Assembly: GCA_977020255.1 (NCBI GenBank)
Contig: CDROCS010002327.1
Span: 310,001 to 374,000 of the forward strand
DNA length: 64,000 nt
Source: Obrimoposthia wandeli
Lineage: Eukaryota
Reading direction: 5' to 3'
Part shown: one piece after another, positions 26,100-37,641 of the stretch
Position numbering within the stretch: position 1 is the first letter of the stretch
Layout of the letters: each line of letters starts with the position of its first letter
Made by a program: the position numbers and the translations under genes
The notes under the pieces: generated by a model
Told to the model about the DNA's origin: nothing
The model's input: only the letters and a program-made list of their open reading frames with translations
The model's database searches: none

Positions 26100-29000
26100 C
26101 ATCAGATCTTTTTAACTTATCCTTTTTCTTCTTTAGTTCCTTCATTGGATATATCTTTGGTACTGAATCTTCTATATTTTTCGTGGTATCTTTGAGTATG
26201 CCACATTTGGTATCTTCGAATAGTCTTCGTGACCATCGTCATCGCGTATGTGTCTTCGTTCTCGTGATATGGCTCTAGCTTGGTGTTGCTCCTTTCTGAG
26301 GGATTGCAGTTAATTATCATGATGATGGTGTATTAGATAATTCGCTAAAAATTGAAAGCATACTACTATATGTTGCCAGGTGATTTCAGTTATCATGTTC
26401 AAAGTACGTGTGGGTTATAATTATTTGTTCAAATTTAATTATAACATAAATTCCTATTATGCCAGAGAATAATTGTCCCAAAATGAGAAATTTTCTCCAC
26501 ATTTTCCTAAGTGTCTGATGTGCTGCTTCCTTGAAATGACTTGCTGACAAAATGATATCAAAATTCACATATGTGACTCTGGGTAATGCACGATGTACTA
26601 TTTTCATGAGTACCCTGGCCTTTCTTACTGGAAATATTATTTCGTTCCAGGCCACATTTAGATCGTTCTCATTATATAAACCTGCATTTTCAACATTCAT
26701 TCAGCTTCGAACTCTATCGTACCTTTAAGAGTTGTCATTTTTATCATTTTTGGAGTATTTGTTTGTGTACAGTCAAGTAACGTTATCCATAGATCACTTG
26801 GAAGTTGAAACTCGAGTGCCATTACGTTAGAGCTACTGATTTATTTAGTTTGAGTTTTGTCAAGAGGTATCATTCTTGTTATTACAGTGCTGGACAAAAT
26901 ATAAGCCAGTATATTTTATTCATGTTTTTTGTAAAAAAAGGAAATAAATAATAGTAGAATCGAAGTGATATTGAATAACATAATTATTATTACATTTATT
27001 AATATAATATTTTTATTTTTTAGAAATTTTGATAATTAATTTAAATTTTATCATCAAAAATATAAAAAACTAACAAAATTTAGTTTATTTATATTGGACA
27101 AAATATAAGCCACTTAATTAATTTATGATATTTTAATAAATAAATAATTACAAATTACAAAATCTAATAATGCATGCTTGCTCCTTTCTTTAAAATTAAT
27201 TCAAAAATCCTATTAGGAATTGAATGAATTAGTGTATCAATTGTGTTTTGTCCTATTTTCTAACAGGCTCTTAAAACGCCAGTTTTCAGTTCATTAACAG
27301 ATGCATATTGTTTTGAATCTGCATAAACATCTCTAACCATAATGCCCCAAAGATTTTCTATTGGATTTAAATCAGGACTACATGCTGGCCAGTCTAAAAT
27401 ATTGATATTGTTTTCGGCTAACCATGTTCTAGTGGATTGAGAAGCATGTACACTCGCATTATCCTGTTGAAAAATATCAAATTTTTGCGTAAAAGGTAGA
27501 AGATGGTCTGTCAAAACTTCTTGGTATTTTCAGAGTTCATCCTAACATTTATGAATGATAAACTAGTTAACCCTTCTTTCGAAAATCCATCCCAAATCAT
27601 GATACCACCGCCTTTACACTGTCTTCTAATTTTTGACATGGGAGGCATTCTTTTGTCGTGCCAATAGCTGCTTAGACCATCTGGACCATCAAGATTGAAT
27701 CTTTTTCATCGGAAAACATGATTCTTGACCAATTAGTACTAAGATTATTTCTAGCAAACAGAAGTCGTCTTTCAATGTGCCTGGATGTCAAATTTGGTTT
27801 TGATATCATTTTTAAGAATACAAGATTTGGGTTATCGGATAATCTGCGTCTTATTGTTCGAGAGGAACAGCTTAGGTTTAAGTTGGATTTTAACTGAGCT
27901 GAGCTTTTAGTAGAATTAGAGGCTTTTCTGCATAATAATCTCACAGATCGGTCATCTAATGACCTATACTTGTTTTATTTTCTAAATAATTTCTAACAGC
28001 ACCTCTACTTCTTGTCAACTTTTCTGCAATCTGAGATGGGTTCAAGCCTTCATTATTATAACGGTCAATGTTACACTTCTCTTCTTCTGTTAAACCATTT
28101 CCACGTGCCATAAATCTAAAAAAAAATTATGAAAAATGTAGATCACACATTCAAGAAACCAAATTATTTTAAAAAAATAATCAATTATATTTATAAAATT
28201 ATTAATTACCAATAATTGTAAATTTTAAAAAATTATAAGCCACTTTTGTCCAATGTAAATAAATAAAAAAATACGTCTTTGTTTACTTAAACCTATTTTT
28301 TTCAAAAACCGATAGAGATTTTGCCGAAAAATAAATTGATATTGAAACTAAGATATTATGTCTCATAGTAGATTCTAAAATTGTATTTTTAAATCTCTTA
28401 CAAATTATTTAATTTTGAATAATTGTGAACATATTTTTTACTGGCTTATATTTTGTCCAGCACTGTAGTTCTAAAAAATAATATTTTGCTTTTTATGTTA
28501 CTGGTAATTCAATTGTATAACGTTTTATTTTTCTCAATTGTATGACTACTTTTCTGCACTTGTAAGTATACAGTGGTTCTCCCGTCGTCTTAGCAAATAC
28601 TCCTTTGTCTAGGGTTAATAATGGTGCTATCATGTCGTGATTTGTAATGGTTAGTTCCAGCTTGGTTCCTATTATTTCTTTATTTAACTAGCAATCTCTG
28701 ACCATCATCTGATATAATAGTTCTATCTGTACTAATCTTTTATGATAATATAATTCTATTTTGTTGTTAAAATACGTGTGTAACTGGATTTCCTTGAGAC
28801 TTATTTTAGCTTTAGCCATCGCTATTGGTTCATTTGAAATAACTATTTCAGGATAGTTTGTAGTACTAATTGTCATTCCACATCGCACCTTATTCTCTAT
28901 TTTAATAAATAGTTATCCTTCTTCTGCTGATATCGCCATTAGTAGTGTAGGCGATGTGGAAAGTTTTCATGTTATGAAATCCTTCCCCTCTTTTATTATA

Positions 29001-29710
29001 CAGAAAACCTTTTATTTTATTAAATTTTACTTCTTTTGATTTAAATTAACCAACATTTTAGTGGGTCTGTCTGAAGTATTATTGTGGATTCGCCTGTGTG
29101 ACAAGACGTATGTGTCATTTTACACTTTGGATATTTCATTATTTGTTTCGTAGTTCTATCAAAACTAACTTTCCATGTCTTCAATTCGATTTGGTAAGTA
29201 GCGTCTAAAGCCAAGAACTCACATATCTATTGCGTACGACTCTGCCTTCTTCTCTACATTATCCCGCTAAATTATCCCATCGTCTTCCTATTCTCGTAAC
29301 TGTTTCATATCATCGTACACCAACTTTGCTATATGTGCATATTTCTGATTTATTTTTATTCTTCCTGTTTGAAACGTTTTTCACAATCTCTGGAAAGGAC
29401 ATTGGTCAGTTTATATGGTGTATTAGGTGTAATTTATGGATAGACAAAATATCTTGTAAACTCAGTAAAACTTTCTGAAACTTTGGTGGACTGTACACTA
29501 TCTTACTTGAACTTGTATTTTCTTAACTTCTTGATAAACAAAATGATTTTCTATGCCTCTACTGACAATTTTGTAGATTGTGATTCTGGACAATCTTGAT
29601 GGTCAATCCATGAATACTTCAGTCCCATCTTTGGTAGCCTGCAATCGTACACTACCCTTACTGATGAGTGTTGCATTTCCATGAATCATCATTATCGTCA
29701 TCATTGATGT
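26100..29710 (-). pseudogene. env: Chuvirus-like (class III fusion) envelope glycoprotein, interrupted by Tc1
   Basis: Collinear motifs: YDC...DCP; CG.TI.TT.YPEI; YFNNKI..Y...QIE.LY..M..DC.L.KEI; G.FA...GE.LY.YKC; ELPV...YFLE; then TM region GQLFSGIIGIYVIIK. These follow the motif order I recall for chuviral G. Many stops and frameshifts. Confidence 0.75.
26885..28465 (-). mobile_element. Tc1 (DD34E) transposon, full length with frameshifted transposase
   Basis: TIRs CAGTGCTGGACAAAATATAAGCCAGTA at both ends with TA TSD. ATG at 28111, stop at 27260. Motifs FSDEK-FNLDGPDG, QQDNA and WPACSPDLNPIENLW. Confidence 0.95.
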
Positions 29711-29829
29711 AGACATATTAGGTTGACTATTCCTTTCTCTTGAACGGTATTGTTTATTTACTCTTTGACAATTTTCATGAATTTGTTTGTCATCATCTTT
29801 AGTCACTTTCATAAATGTTTTTGCATAAT

Positions 29830-31190
29830 TGCTATGGTTTCTAATTAAAACTCTTATTAGATCCTCGTATGGAGGCCCTCAGCGTGAGTTCTGTAGCGAT
29901 AGGGCTTACAGATGGACGTGGCCTACCTATTCTTACTTCACTTAATTCTAGTCTCAAATCGGAATGTTTTATGTTAGTTGTTTTGTGGTGTGTTCAAAGA
30001 GTTGTTTACAGAATAGCTAGGAGGCACCGTAAAATTAGTGTTGTGTAATATAAGTCTAGAGCGATTTGCCAGGTGCGTTAGAGTTTAGTTCGGGAAATGG
30101 TCTGGTGAAACCAAGACCTAAATCAATGGAAACTGAGCCGAAGCCAAACGAAGCTTGTGATGTCCTTCTGAACGTACCAAAGCTTGGAACACAAACTACG
30201 TGATTTAACTCATAGCTAACCTAGACTTTCGAGTAGGGTGCTTCTTTTAATAACGAGGGTTGTAAGTCTATCTTAATTACTCATTTTATTCTAATGAAAC
30301 CTAAATAACTATAAACTAAAACGGTTACAAAACTACAGAAACTATAGACACGATAGAGTAACACCTTAACTTTTTCTATCTTGCGTTTAGATACCACTGA
30401 GGACAATACTTTACTTTGTATACGCCTCGCACAATTAACTATATTACTCTTTGAAATAATCGACTAAATACTTTTTAAATGTAGGACTTCAATACGGAAC
30501 TTGATAATTTAAATGTCTTTAAATTACTGGTACAGTTACTGTTTTTCAATAAAACTAACTTGATATTTCTATGGATTCAATTCCTTTTTCAAATTACTAT
30601 TTTCAATCATGTTTTCACAATTAACTGAATAATTAACGAACAATATCCTTCTGTATTCCTTACCAATTAGTAATTATCTGTTATTGGCGGTAATCCAGTT
30701 TTCTTCGTTGTCTCGGTCAATTCCAATTGATGATTCCCCGTAGTAATCTCGGTTACGATCCTCTGTGGTTCTCTGTGGCAATCTCTGTTGTGATTATCCG
30801 CGATTCTCTGTGGCAATTTCTGTTGCGATTATCCGCGATCCTCTGTAACAATTCTGTTGCGATTCTCCATGATTATCTGTGGCAAGCTAAAATGTATTAA
30901 TGTGATTTCTTCAACTTATTGATTTCCTATTCGCTGTCCGTTGGCGAAAATTGTGTAGGTCACGGCTCTGTGTTGGTTTTATGTATCGTATTCAACTGCA
31001 GTTGCAAATTCAAATACGCATATTTATAAGCTTACCGGTAGTGATCGGAATGCCGGATAAAGTGCCCGGTTCTTGAAAGTCAATTGCTGATTCGGAATGT
31101 GTACGTAATTCACTTCCTGCTTAGGAATGTGCTCGAATTCACTTCCTGCTTCGGAATTTGCGCAAATTCTATTTTTGTGGTTCGACGAAT
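29830..31190 (-). repeat. Partial LTR of copy A (U5-side portion), with an internal ~36-bp repeat at 30740-30890
   Basis: Shares the terminal 100 bp and GAAGTGAATT-type repeats with the other LTRs. Broken off next to the Polinton terminus at 31227. Confidence 0.65.
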
Positions 31191-31989
31191 TCAATTTCTT
31201 TGCGCCCTTTTATCACTGTTCATATTAGTAGGGATAAGTGATGACTTCAACTCAAAGCAATAGGTCCCCCCAAGACAAAGATTATCCCGAGAACGTAGGC
31301 GGTTGCCATGGAAACGTGTGTCCGTCACCGTGGCAACACACCTTTGACATCTATGTGTCCCCATGGCAACCAATTTCTCCCTAGTCAGTCAAGGTTATTA
31401 TTTTCTTTAAACGCATCAAGGTCCTTTTTTTTTAAACGCATCAATATTTGTACACACCAAATTCAAATTTTCAAGGTCCAATTTTCAAAAATTAATTTTT
31501 GGCAAATTTTCGAAAAAAATAATTTGTTCAAAGTTTTTCAAAAACTTAAATTTTTCAAAAACTCAAAATTTTAAATATTTATTATATACCATGTGTTAAT
31601 TTCATGTTTTCAAATTTGGGTCTTTGGATTGTTTAGCGAAAATTTTGGGACCAAGATATGCACTAGGATTCTTTTGAATTGCACTGAATGCTTTATGTAA
31701 TCTTACATAAATATCAAGTATACCATTCCCCTTTTGTATACCTGCAATATAATCCATATTCTTTTTCAATTTTATAACACTAGTATTAACCCTACCAAGC
31801 CATATACATAAAAGATTCCCTACTATAAAAGGAACACCCCCACCCTTCATTTTCTTTTTACCCTTTTTACCCTTTTTAGTCTTAATGATTTAGTGGTAGC
31901 TTTTTCACTCATTTTATTATAAAGTATTAGTAAAGTATTACTATTGTTTATAAAAGGGAAGAAAACAAAGATATACATATCAAAATTTA

Positions 31990-32271
31990 TTAGTCAACTC
32001 TAACTGCCTCAATTATTTTCCATATAGGTGTTATCAATCCAGAGGGTCCGATCTTGTATCCTTGAATTCTGATTTCGAGAATCCATTCTAATCTAGGAGG
32101 AGACCCATCGAATATTGTTCTATTCTCCTGCTTGAAATTGGAATTTTGTTCCTTGATTATGAATTTGTTTTCTTGAAGCTCATATTTGATCCCGAATTGC
32201 TTGAAGAGAATATTGATTCTCTCTTTATCCACTGAAGTCAAATTTGATACCTGAAAATCAAATCTAAGCAT
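31990..32271 (-). CDS. Polinton TIR-proximal conserved protein (putative OB-fold ssDNA-binding protein), probably 5'-truncated
   Basis: C-terminal WILEIRIQGYKIGPSGLITPIWKIIEA motif is shared with 46389, 55617 and 56204. SSB function is inference. Confidence 0.5.
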   Translation of the reverse strand: MLRFDFQVSNLTSVDKERINILFKQFGIKYELQENKFIIKEQNSNFKQENRTIFDGSPPRLEWILEIRIQGYKIGPSGLITPIWKIIEAVRVD

Positions 32272-32859
32272 CTCTATGTTTACAGGAAAAAAAAATTATA
32301 GTTGTGAGATTTCTTCAAAAAATGCATATCATATCCGTGATATTTATGCATAGGCTGATATAGATTTTCTAAATTAAGATTCTCGAAATTCATATTTACA
32401 ATTTAAAGTTTAAATATTCAATTGTTTAACCTTTAAAGCGCGATTCTAATTGGTTAATAATGTTGTTTATGAAATTCGTTTAGTATTAGTTATATCCTTT
32501 ATTTTTTTACGTTATTCGGTTACGCGCGTAAGTTTTGTTATTGTTTCAGTTGTTGATTTAATATTTTCTCTATGATCATTTCTATTATAATCCATATTAG
32601 CATACAAATTACTACCAGAACCTATATATGTGCTTGCTCTATCTTGATTATTCATTTTCAATAAAATCAATATCGAGATATTGTTTATAGTGATAATTTG
32701 CAATGTAGTCTAAAAATAGATTTTCAAATAGTATATAAACCTAAACTTTCTTCATTATATCTTGTTATGCCTACTAAATTTGTTGCTCATTATGTTTCAC
32801 AAAATGGAGAACTTAGCTTTAGACGACTTCGTTTTGATAAGATTTCAAGAAGAAATGAA

Positions 32860-33690
32860 GATATGATATCTGAACGGTCTAGATTAGAAACATTACGAAT
32901 ACAGTTTACTGGTTTAGCGGATAAGAGAGCATTAGTAAAAGCAGGGTTTTATAAGCATGATGATTCAAGTGATAATGTAAAATTTGTTTACTGTCGGGAA
33001 GCATTATACGAATGGGAGTGGTATCTTAAATCAGTGAAGCAGCATATGATTTTTTTTCAACATGTCCGTTTGTTTTGAAAATGAATTTTTCAAATGTACC
33101 AATATTTGAAACTAGTAACAAGCAAATTGATTTTGATACAACTCCTATGGATAAAGTTGTTATTGTTAGAAATAATTATTTTATTGAATTTGAAATACCC
33201 ACATTATCGATTTTCCCACATGTCTATATTTGGAAAGATTCATATCGATGTTGTTTCTGTCAGAAAGCAGTACCCGACTTCAGTTTATTGATACTATGCC
33301 AGAGAGAATTTTTCATACACAAGAGTGTAATGCGTCTAGTATGGGTATCAAGAATGAATGTATTGTTGAATATCATATTAGTAATGACGATATTGATGCT
33401 CAAATGAAAACCCGAAAATCGTTTTGTTAAAACATGAATATATCATGATAGAATCAAAGCAGTTTTAGTTAATAGATTTAAAACATTTGGTAAAAAATAT
33501 GATTCTATATATGAGTTTATAACGGATTTAAGATCTTTACAAATAAGACCTGAACCAAGTCATGTTATAAATTATCTTGAATACCTTTTACCAAACCCCG
33601 AATGTATTGTTTGCTTGACGGATATGATTTCAGTTGAATTTTTACCATGTGTTCACTTAAATACATGCATTCATTTCCATGTTGCAAGAC
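32860..33690 (+). pseudogene. iap: Inhibitor of apoptosis (BIR + RING)
   Basis: E.SRL.T...LVKAGFY...D.VK.VYC...L.EW and frameshifted FF.TCPF (BIR); PECIVCL...VEFLPCVHLNTC (RING). Confidence 0.85.
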
Positions 33691-33849
33691 AAATATTATT
33701 AGACGAATAAGAAATATTAGATTTCATAGCATAGCGAATTGATCAAAGAGATTACATGTGTCTAAAAATCTATTTTCAAATAGTATATAAGAATCAGTTT
33801 ATAATAATCAGGAAAGTTACTTCATAAAATCAAATTAGTCAATATTAAT

Positions 33850-34330
33850 TATATGGGAATGGTTGTAAGTGACATTCAACAATTACCATTTCGAACTTTG
33901 AAGCCCCACCAGTACCGGCTCCAGTGTGAAGATAATTATTTTATAATTTTCAAATCTGGTAATTTATTTTACATTTAAGTTTTAATATAATTTAGGAAGA
34001 TATAGAATAATGAGGTGTAAAGCTGTGCTAGATGAAAGCACTCTTCTTTTCAATATTAAAATAGAAAGAATCCAATCAATCAGCCTCAGTACTAATTTGG
34101 AAAAACCGATAAACCTGAGCAAGATGAGCAAGAGTATGGGATTGGACGCTGTTTACGAGCCGGAAATTTTCCCACGACTTCGATATGCCAAATACAATCC
34201 TCTATGCGTGAACATTTTTGCGAGCGGGAAAGTGATGATACTTGGTGTAAAGTCACTAGGATATGAATATTTTATTGAATGTATTTTATTTAATATTCAT
34301 CTTCACACTTGTGTTATTTCTTTCCTAAAC
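33850..34330 (+). pseudogene. TATA-binding-protein-like gene
   Basis: YEPEIFPRLRYAKYNPLCVNIFASGKVMILGVK matches TBP repeat 2 (YEPELFPGL...IFVSGKVVLTGAK). Upstream IIFKSGN matches the repeat 1 end. Confidence 0.75.
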
Positions 34331-34431
34331 AAAGACATTACTTGCAAAAAGTTGCAATGTTACTAATAATAGATTTCTCCTTGTTTCTGAGTTATAAACA
34401 ATATTCTTATAGTTTTAAATTTGTCAATAAA

Positions 34432-35254
34432 ATGGAGAAAGTTAATGAAACAGCAGCGGTGAAAATTGAAGAAATTATTGAGGAAACTAATGAAGAAGTG
34501 AAAACAGATATTGAAGAACAAAACAAACGATCAGATTTCTTAAATGCTTTGGTTTTTATTAAACCTATAATAGCTCATGCTTCCAGTATGGAAATGAATC
34601 ATATGACCCACCTTTTTGATAGTTTGTTTAGAGCTAGATTTAACCAAATCAGTGTGGAAAGATTAAACAGAACTCCGATGAGTGAGAGTTTAGTAAATCA
34701 ATTATATATTGGAAATTATCGAGATGCGATTGATGAAACCTTGACTTTTAAAATCAGAATTCACACATGTCATCAATACATCTATGGTGGATAAGATATC
34801 TTATTAAACCCATAATAGCTCATGCTTCCAGTATGGAAATGAATCATATGACCCACCTTTTTGATAGTTTGTTTAGAGCTAGATTTAACCAAATCAGTGT
34901 GGAAAGATTAAACAGACTCTGATGAGTGAGATTTTAGTAAATCAATTATATATTGGAAATTATCGAGATGCGATTGATGAAACTTAACTTTTAAAATCAG
35001 AATTCACACATGTCATCAATACATACATGGTGGATAAGATATCTTATAAGGAATTAAAGTATACATCTATCTTTGTAAATGAAAAATTAGGAGAAACACT
35101 TTTACAATATTATAAACAGACTAATAATATAATTAAAGAAACTATCAAAAATGACGGGAAAGTTCTAGTATGTGGTCATTATAGAAGTTTACATACGGTT
35201 TGTATTGTTATTGCATTTTTATCTCGTTCAATGGGCGTTAGATTAATACTTTAG
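34432..35254 (+). pseudogene. Dual-specificity protein phosphatase-like gene with 245-bp tandem duplication
   Basis: LYIGNYRDA, then Y..I.V.E......L.QYY..T..II......GKVLV and IVIAFL. The HCx5R loop is degenerate. 34561-34805 is repeated from 34806. Confidence 0.65.
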
Positions 35255-35269
35255 ATTTAAGTTTAATAA

Positions 35270-35671
35270 GATATATTGGCATCAGGGAGGAGATGAAGAA
35301 GCTGGTTTAACCAGTAAAGAGTTTAAGAAAATCAAAAATATAAAAGTGATTAATGGATTCGATGATAATTGGTCTGAGCGATTACAACGACATGATGTTA
35401 TTGTTATTGATGACTTGTATCAAGAAGCAAATAAAGAGAATGATTTCAATAATTTATTCACTAAAATAGCAAGACATCGTGAAATAACTGTTATTTTCTA
35501 TACACAAAATATATTTTACTAGGGTGGGAATCATAGAACTCGTAATTTAAATGTATATTACCTTGTTCTCTTCAAGAATCCGCGTAATCAAACTGTTATT
35601 GATTTTGTTGCAAGGCAAGCTTATCCAAATAATATAAATTACCTAATTGATGCATTTCAAGAATCAACTAC
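35270..35671 (+). pseudogene. A32-like packaging ATPase, central fragment
   Basis: VIVIDDL (Walker B), FTKIARHRE..VIF.TQN.F and LVLFKNPR. Walker A is deleted. Cut at the AACTAC TSD. Confidence 0.85.
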
Positions 35672-35745
35672 AGTATGTGGAAGTGAGGACTAGCAGCCAT
35701 TCCCTAGCGAAATCCAAAAAAACGCAAATTTCAAAAACACAACTT
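35672..35745 (+). repeat. Polinton terminus (P3, copy 1)
   Basis: AGTATGTGGAAGTGAGGACTAGCAGCCA..CCCTAGCGAAA, preceded by AACTAC. Confidence 0.8.
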
Positions 35746-35757
35746 ACGTTTACCGGC

Positions 35758-36203
35758 TTATGTTTTAGCTCGAAACAAAGCAAGTAGAGGTTTCTTATGC
35801 TGATTCAGTTTAGTCTTAACGGATACTTTACCGAAAACTATTTTCTGTACCATATTAAGTAAATCATCTATCACAAAAATAGGAAATGATTTAAGAATAG
35901 TTGGACGACGAATAGCAGGCGCACGCATAAGAGAATTGAAATAGGCAATACTTCTAGATTTCTTATCAACCATGCTTTTCTTATATGATTTTTGAGCAAC
36001 CAATTTCCTTGCACTTAAAACCGATTTAATCAATTTCTTGACTTAAGGTTTAATAACTTCCTTTTTAAAACTCATCTTTGGGAAACCAGTTTCTTTGATT
36101 GTTTATAGATGATGATACCAGATGGATTGAATATATCAGATTTAACTCTTAGGTCGTCAAGAATATTTTTTCAATTAAATTGTACCCATGAGGAATGGTA
36201 GTT
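35758..36203 (-). pseudogene. Inverted segment: ATPase C-terminus (TTIPHGY...SDIF) plus core-protein gene
   Basis: Continues the 35270-35671 ATPase on the opposite strand. ORF 35758-36033 is homologous to 43005-43325. Confidence 0.75.
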
Positions 36204-36990
36204 AGTAGGTGAAAGTGAGGACTAGCAGCCACCCCTAGCGAAAACCAACAAAAAAATACACAAATTTCAAAAACACACTATAGTACGTCATTTTTCTAAG
36301 GTCAATGTTAAAAGTAGGTCACATTTTGTTATAGTACACATGATTTTTTAAGGGTCAAATTTATAAGTAGGTCATTGTGTGTTATAGTACGTCTGATTTG
36401 GACCGATTTTGGTCTACATTTATATGTTTTTGTTTAAACACATCAATTCTTATGCGCGCAATTTTGAGAAAATACTATAATGCGTCTATTTTTTCAAAAT
36501 AATTATAAGTGAAGATCACATTTTATTATAGTGCATATGATTTAATAGTCAAGATTATATTTGTATTTTATTTAATTCATTTTTAAATATGATTTTTTTT
36601 AGGGATTTCAAAGGTGTGTCAATTTTGTAAAAACTTTTTGTTGTAAAAATTTTGTTTAATCTTTTGTAAAACGTTTTCATTTTAAAATGTTTTGTAAAAA
36701 CATTTCGTTGTAAACATTTTGTTGTAATAACCTTTCATTGTAAAATCTTTTGTTGTTAAATCTTCTGTAAAAACTATTCATTGTAAACATTTTGTTGTAA
36801 TAACTTTTCATTGAAAAGATTTTTGGAAAACGTTTTGTTGTAAACATTTTGTTTAAAATACTTTTTGTTATAAACGTTTGTTTTAAATACTGTTTTCTTG
36901 TTAAATCTTTGATAAAAGCATTCCGTTGTAACATTTTTTGTAAACAACATTTCGTTTTAAACTTTAAACTTTAAAAAATAATAATAAAAC
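36204..36990 (+). mobile_element. Polinton terminus/TIR (P3, copy 2) with low-complexity TTTTGTTGTAAA-type repeats at 36620-36960
   Basis: AGTAGGTGAAAGTGAGGACTAGCAGCC, preceded by GTAGTT (reverse complement of AACTAC). Confidence 0.75.
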
Positions 36991-37095
36991 ATGAGTAGGA
37001 TGATGTGTGTGTCTTTCGAATCACATAACTCCATCCCTTCCTATTTCACACAGAGTGAGATGTATTCATATGTTAGAAACATTTTATTAATATCA

Positions 37096-37190
37096 AGTAG
37101 GTGGATGTGTCCGGTCTAATCCCCCCTCCCCCCGGGACGCTACGACTGTCCTTTAAAACCGTGCATGTGTGTGGAATGAAATTTCTTCTA
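37096..37190 (+). repeat. Polinton terminus, inverted-repeat partner of 56986-57075
   Basis: AGTAGGTGGATGTGTCCGGTCTAATCC...ACTGTCCTTTAAAACCGTG..TGTGTGTGGA.TGAAATTTC matches the reverse complement of the 57075 end. No matching 6-bp TSD. Confidence 0.8.
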
Positions 37191-37361
37191 TCTCCCCCCA
37201 ACACCCTAAAAAACTAATTAACCCGATTACACACCCTTTAAAATTGAAAGTCTCATAGTGCTCCCACAGAGTGAGGAAGTACCTGAGAGGCCATCTAAGG
37301 GCCAACGCATGTAATACATATATACAGGGTCCGTTACGAGGTAAAACCATATACATAAACT

Positions 37362-37641
37362 TCATATTATATTAGATGTTGATATCCAAGTTGGATCGGA
37401 ATAACCATGCCATTTAACAAAGTATTGTTTATGTTTACCGGTACCCTTAGATTTTAATATATTTTGAATACGGAAAACGTTAGGTTTATTTGATATTACT
37501 TGTAGTTCTTGCTCATAAAATTTACCTTGACGATATTATTGTCAGCATCTTTAATGGTATACATTATTGTATTACTCTTTTGATCAATTTTACTTATACA
37601 AAATATTTCATCGCTCCAATTCTGATCAATTTGAAAATCAA
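37362..37641 (-). pseudogene. Integrase C-terminal fragment with chromodomain
   Basis: NWSDEIF...GKFYEQELQVISNKPNVFRIQNILKSKGTGKHKQYFVKWHGYSDPTWI, paralogous to 41942-42217. Confidence 0.85.

Larger units (their letters stand above)
25080..31190 (-). mobile_element. Truncated LTR retrotransposon copy A (partial 5' LTR - chuvirus-like glycoprotein - aspartic protease)
   Basis: LTR end at 29830 is homologous to the solo LTR ends. Downstream on the minus strand come a decayed glycoprotein, then a protease. Confidence 0.8.
31227..36203. mobile_element. Polinton/Maverick-like copy P0 (left arm, rearranged)
   Basis: AGTAG terminus at 31227 shares AACTCAARGCAATAGGTCCCCC with the P1 right TIR. Gene set is homologous to P1 and P2. 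Confidence 0.8.

Noticed and set aside
36995-37015. AGTAGGATGATGTG as an additional Polinton terminus
   Set aside because: Similarity is limited to ~12 nt, with no partner or TSD.
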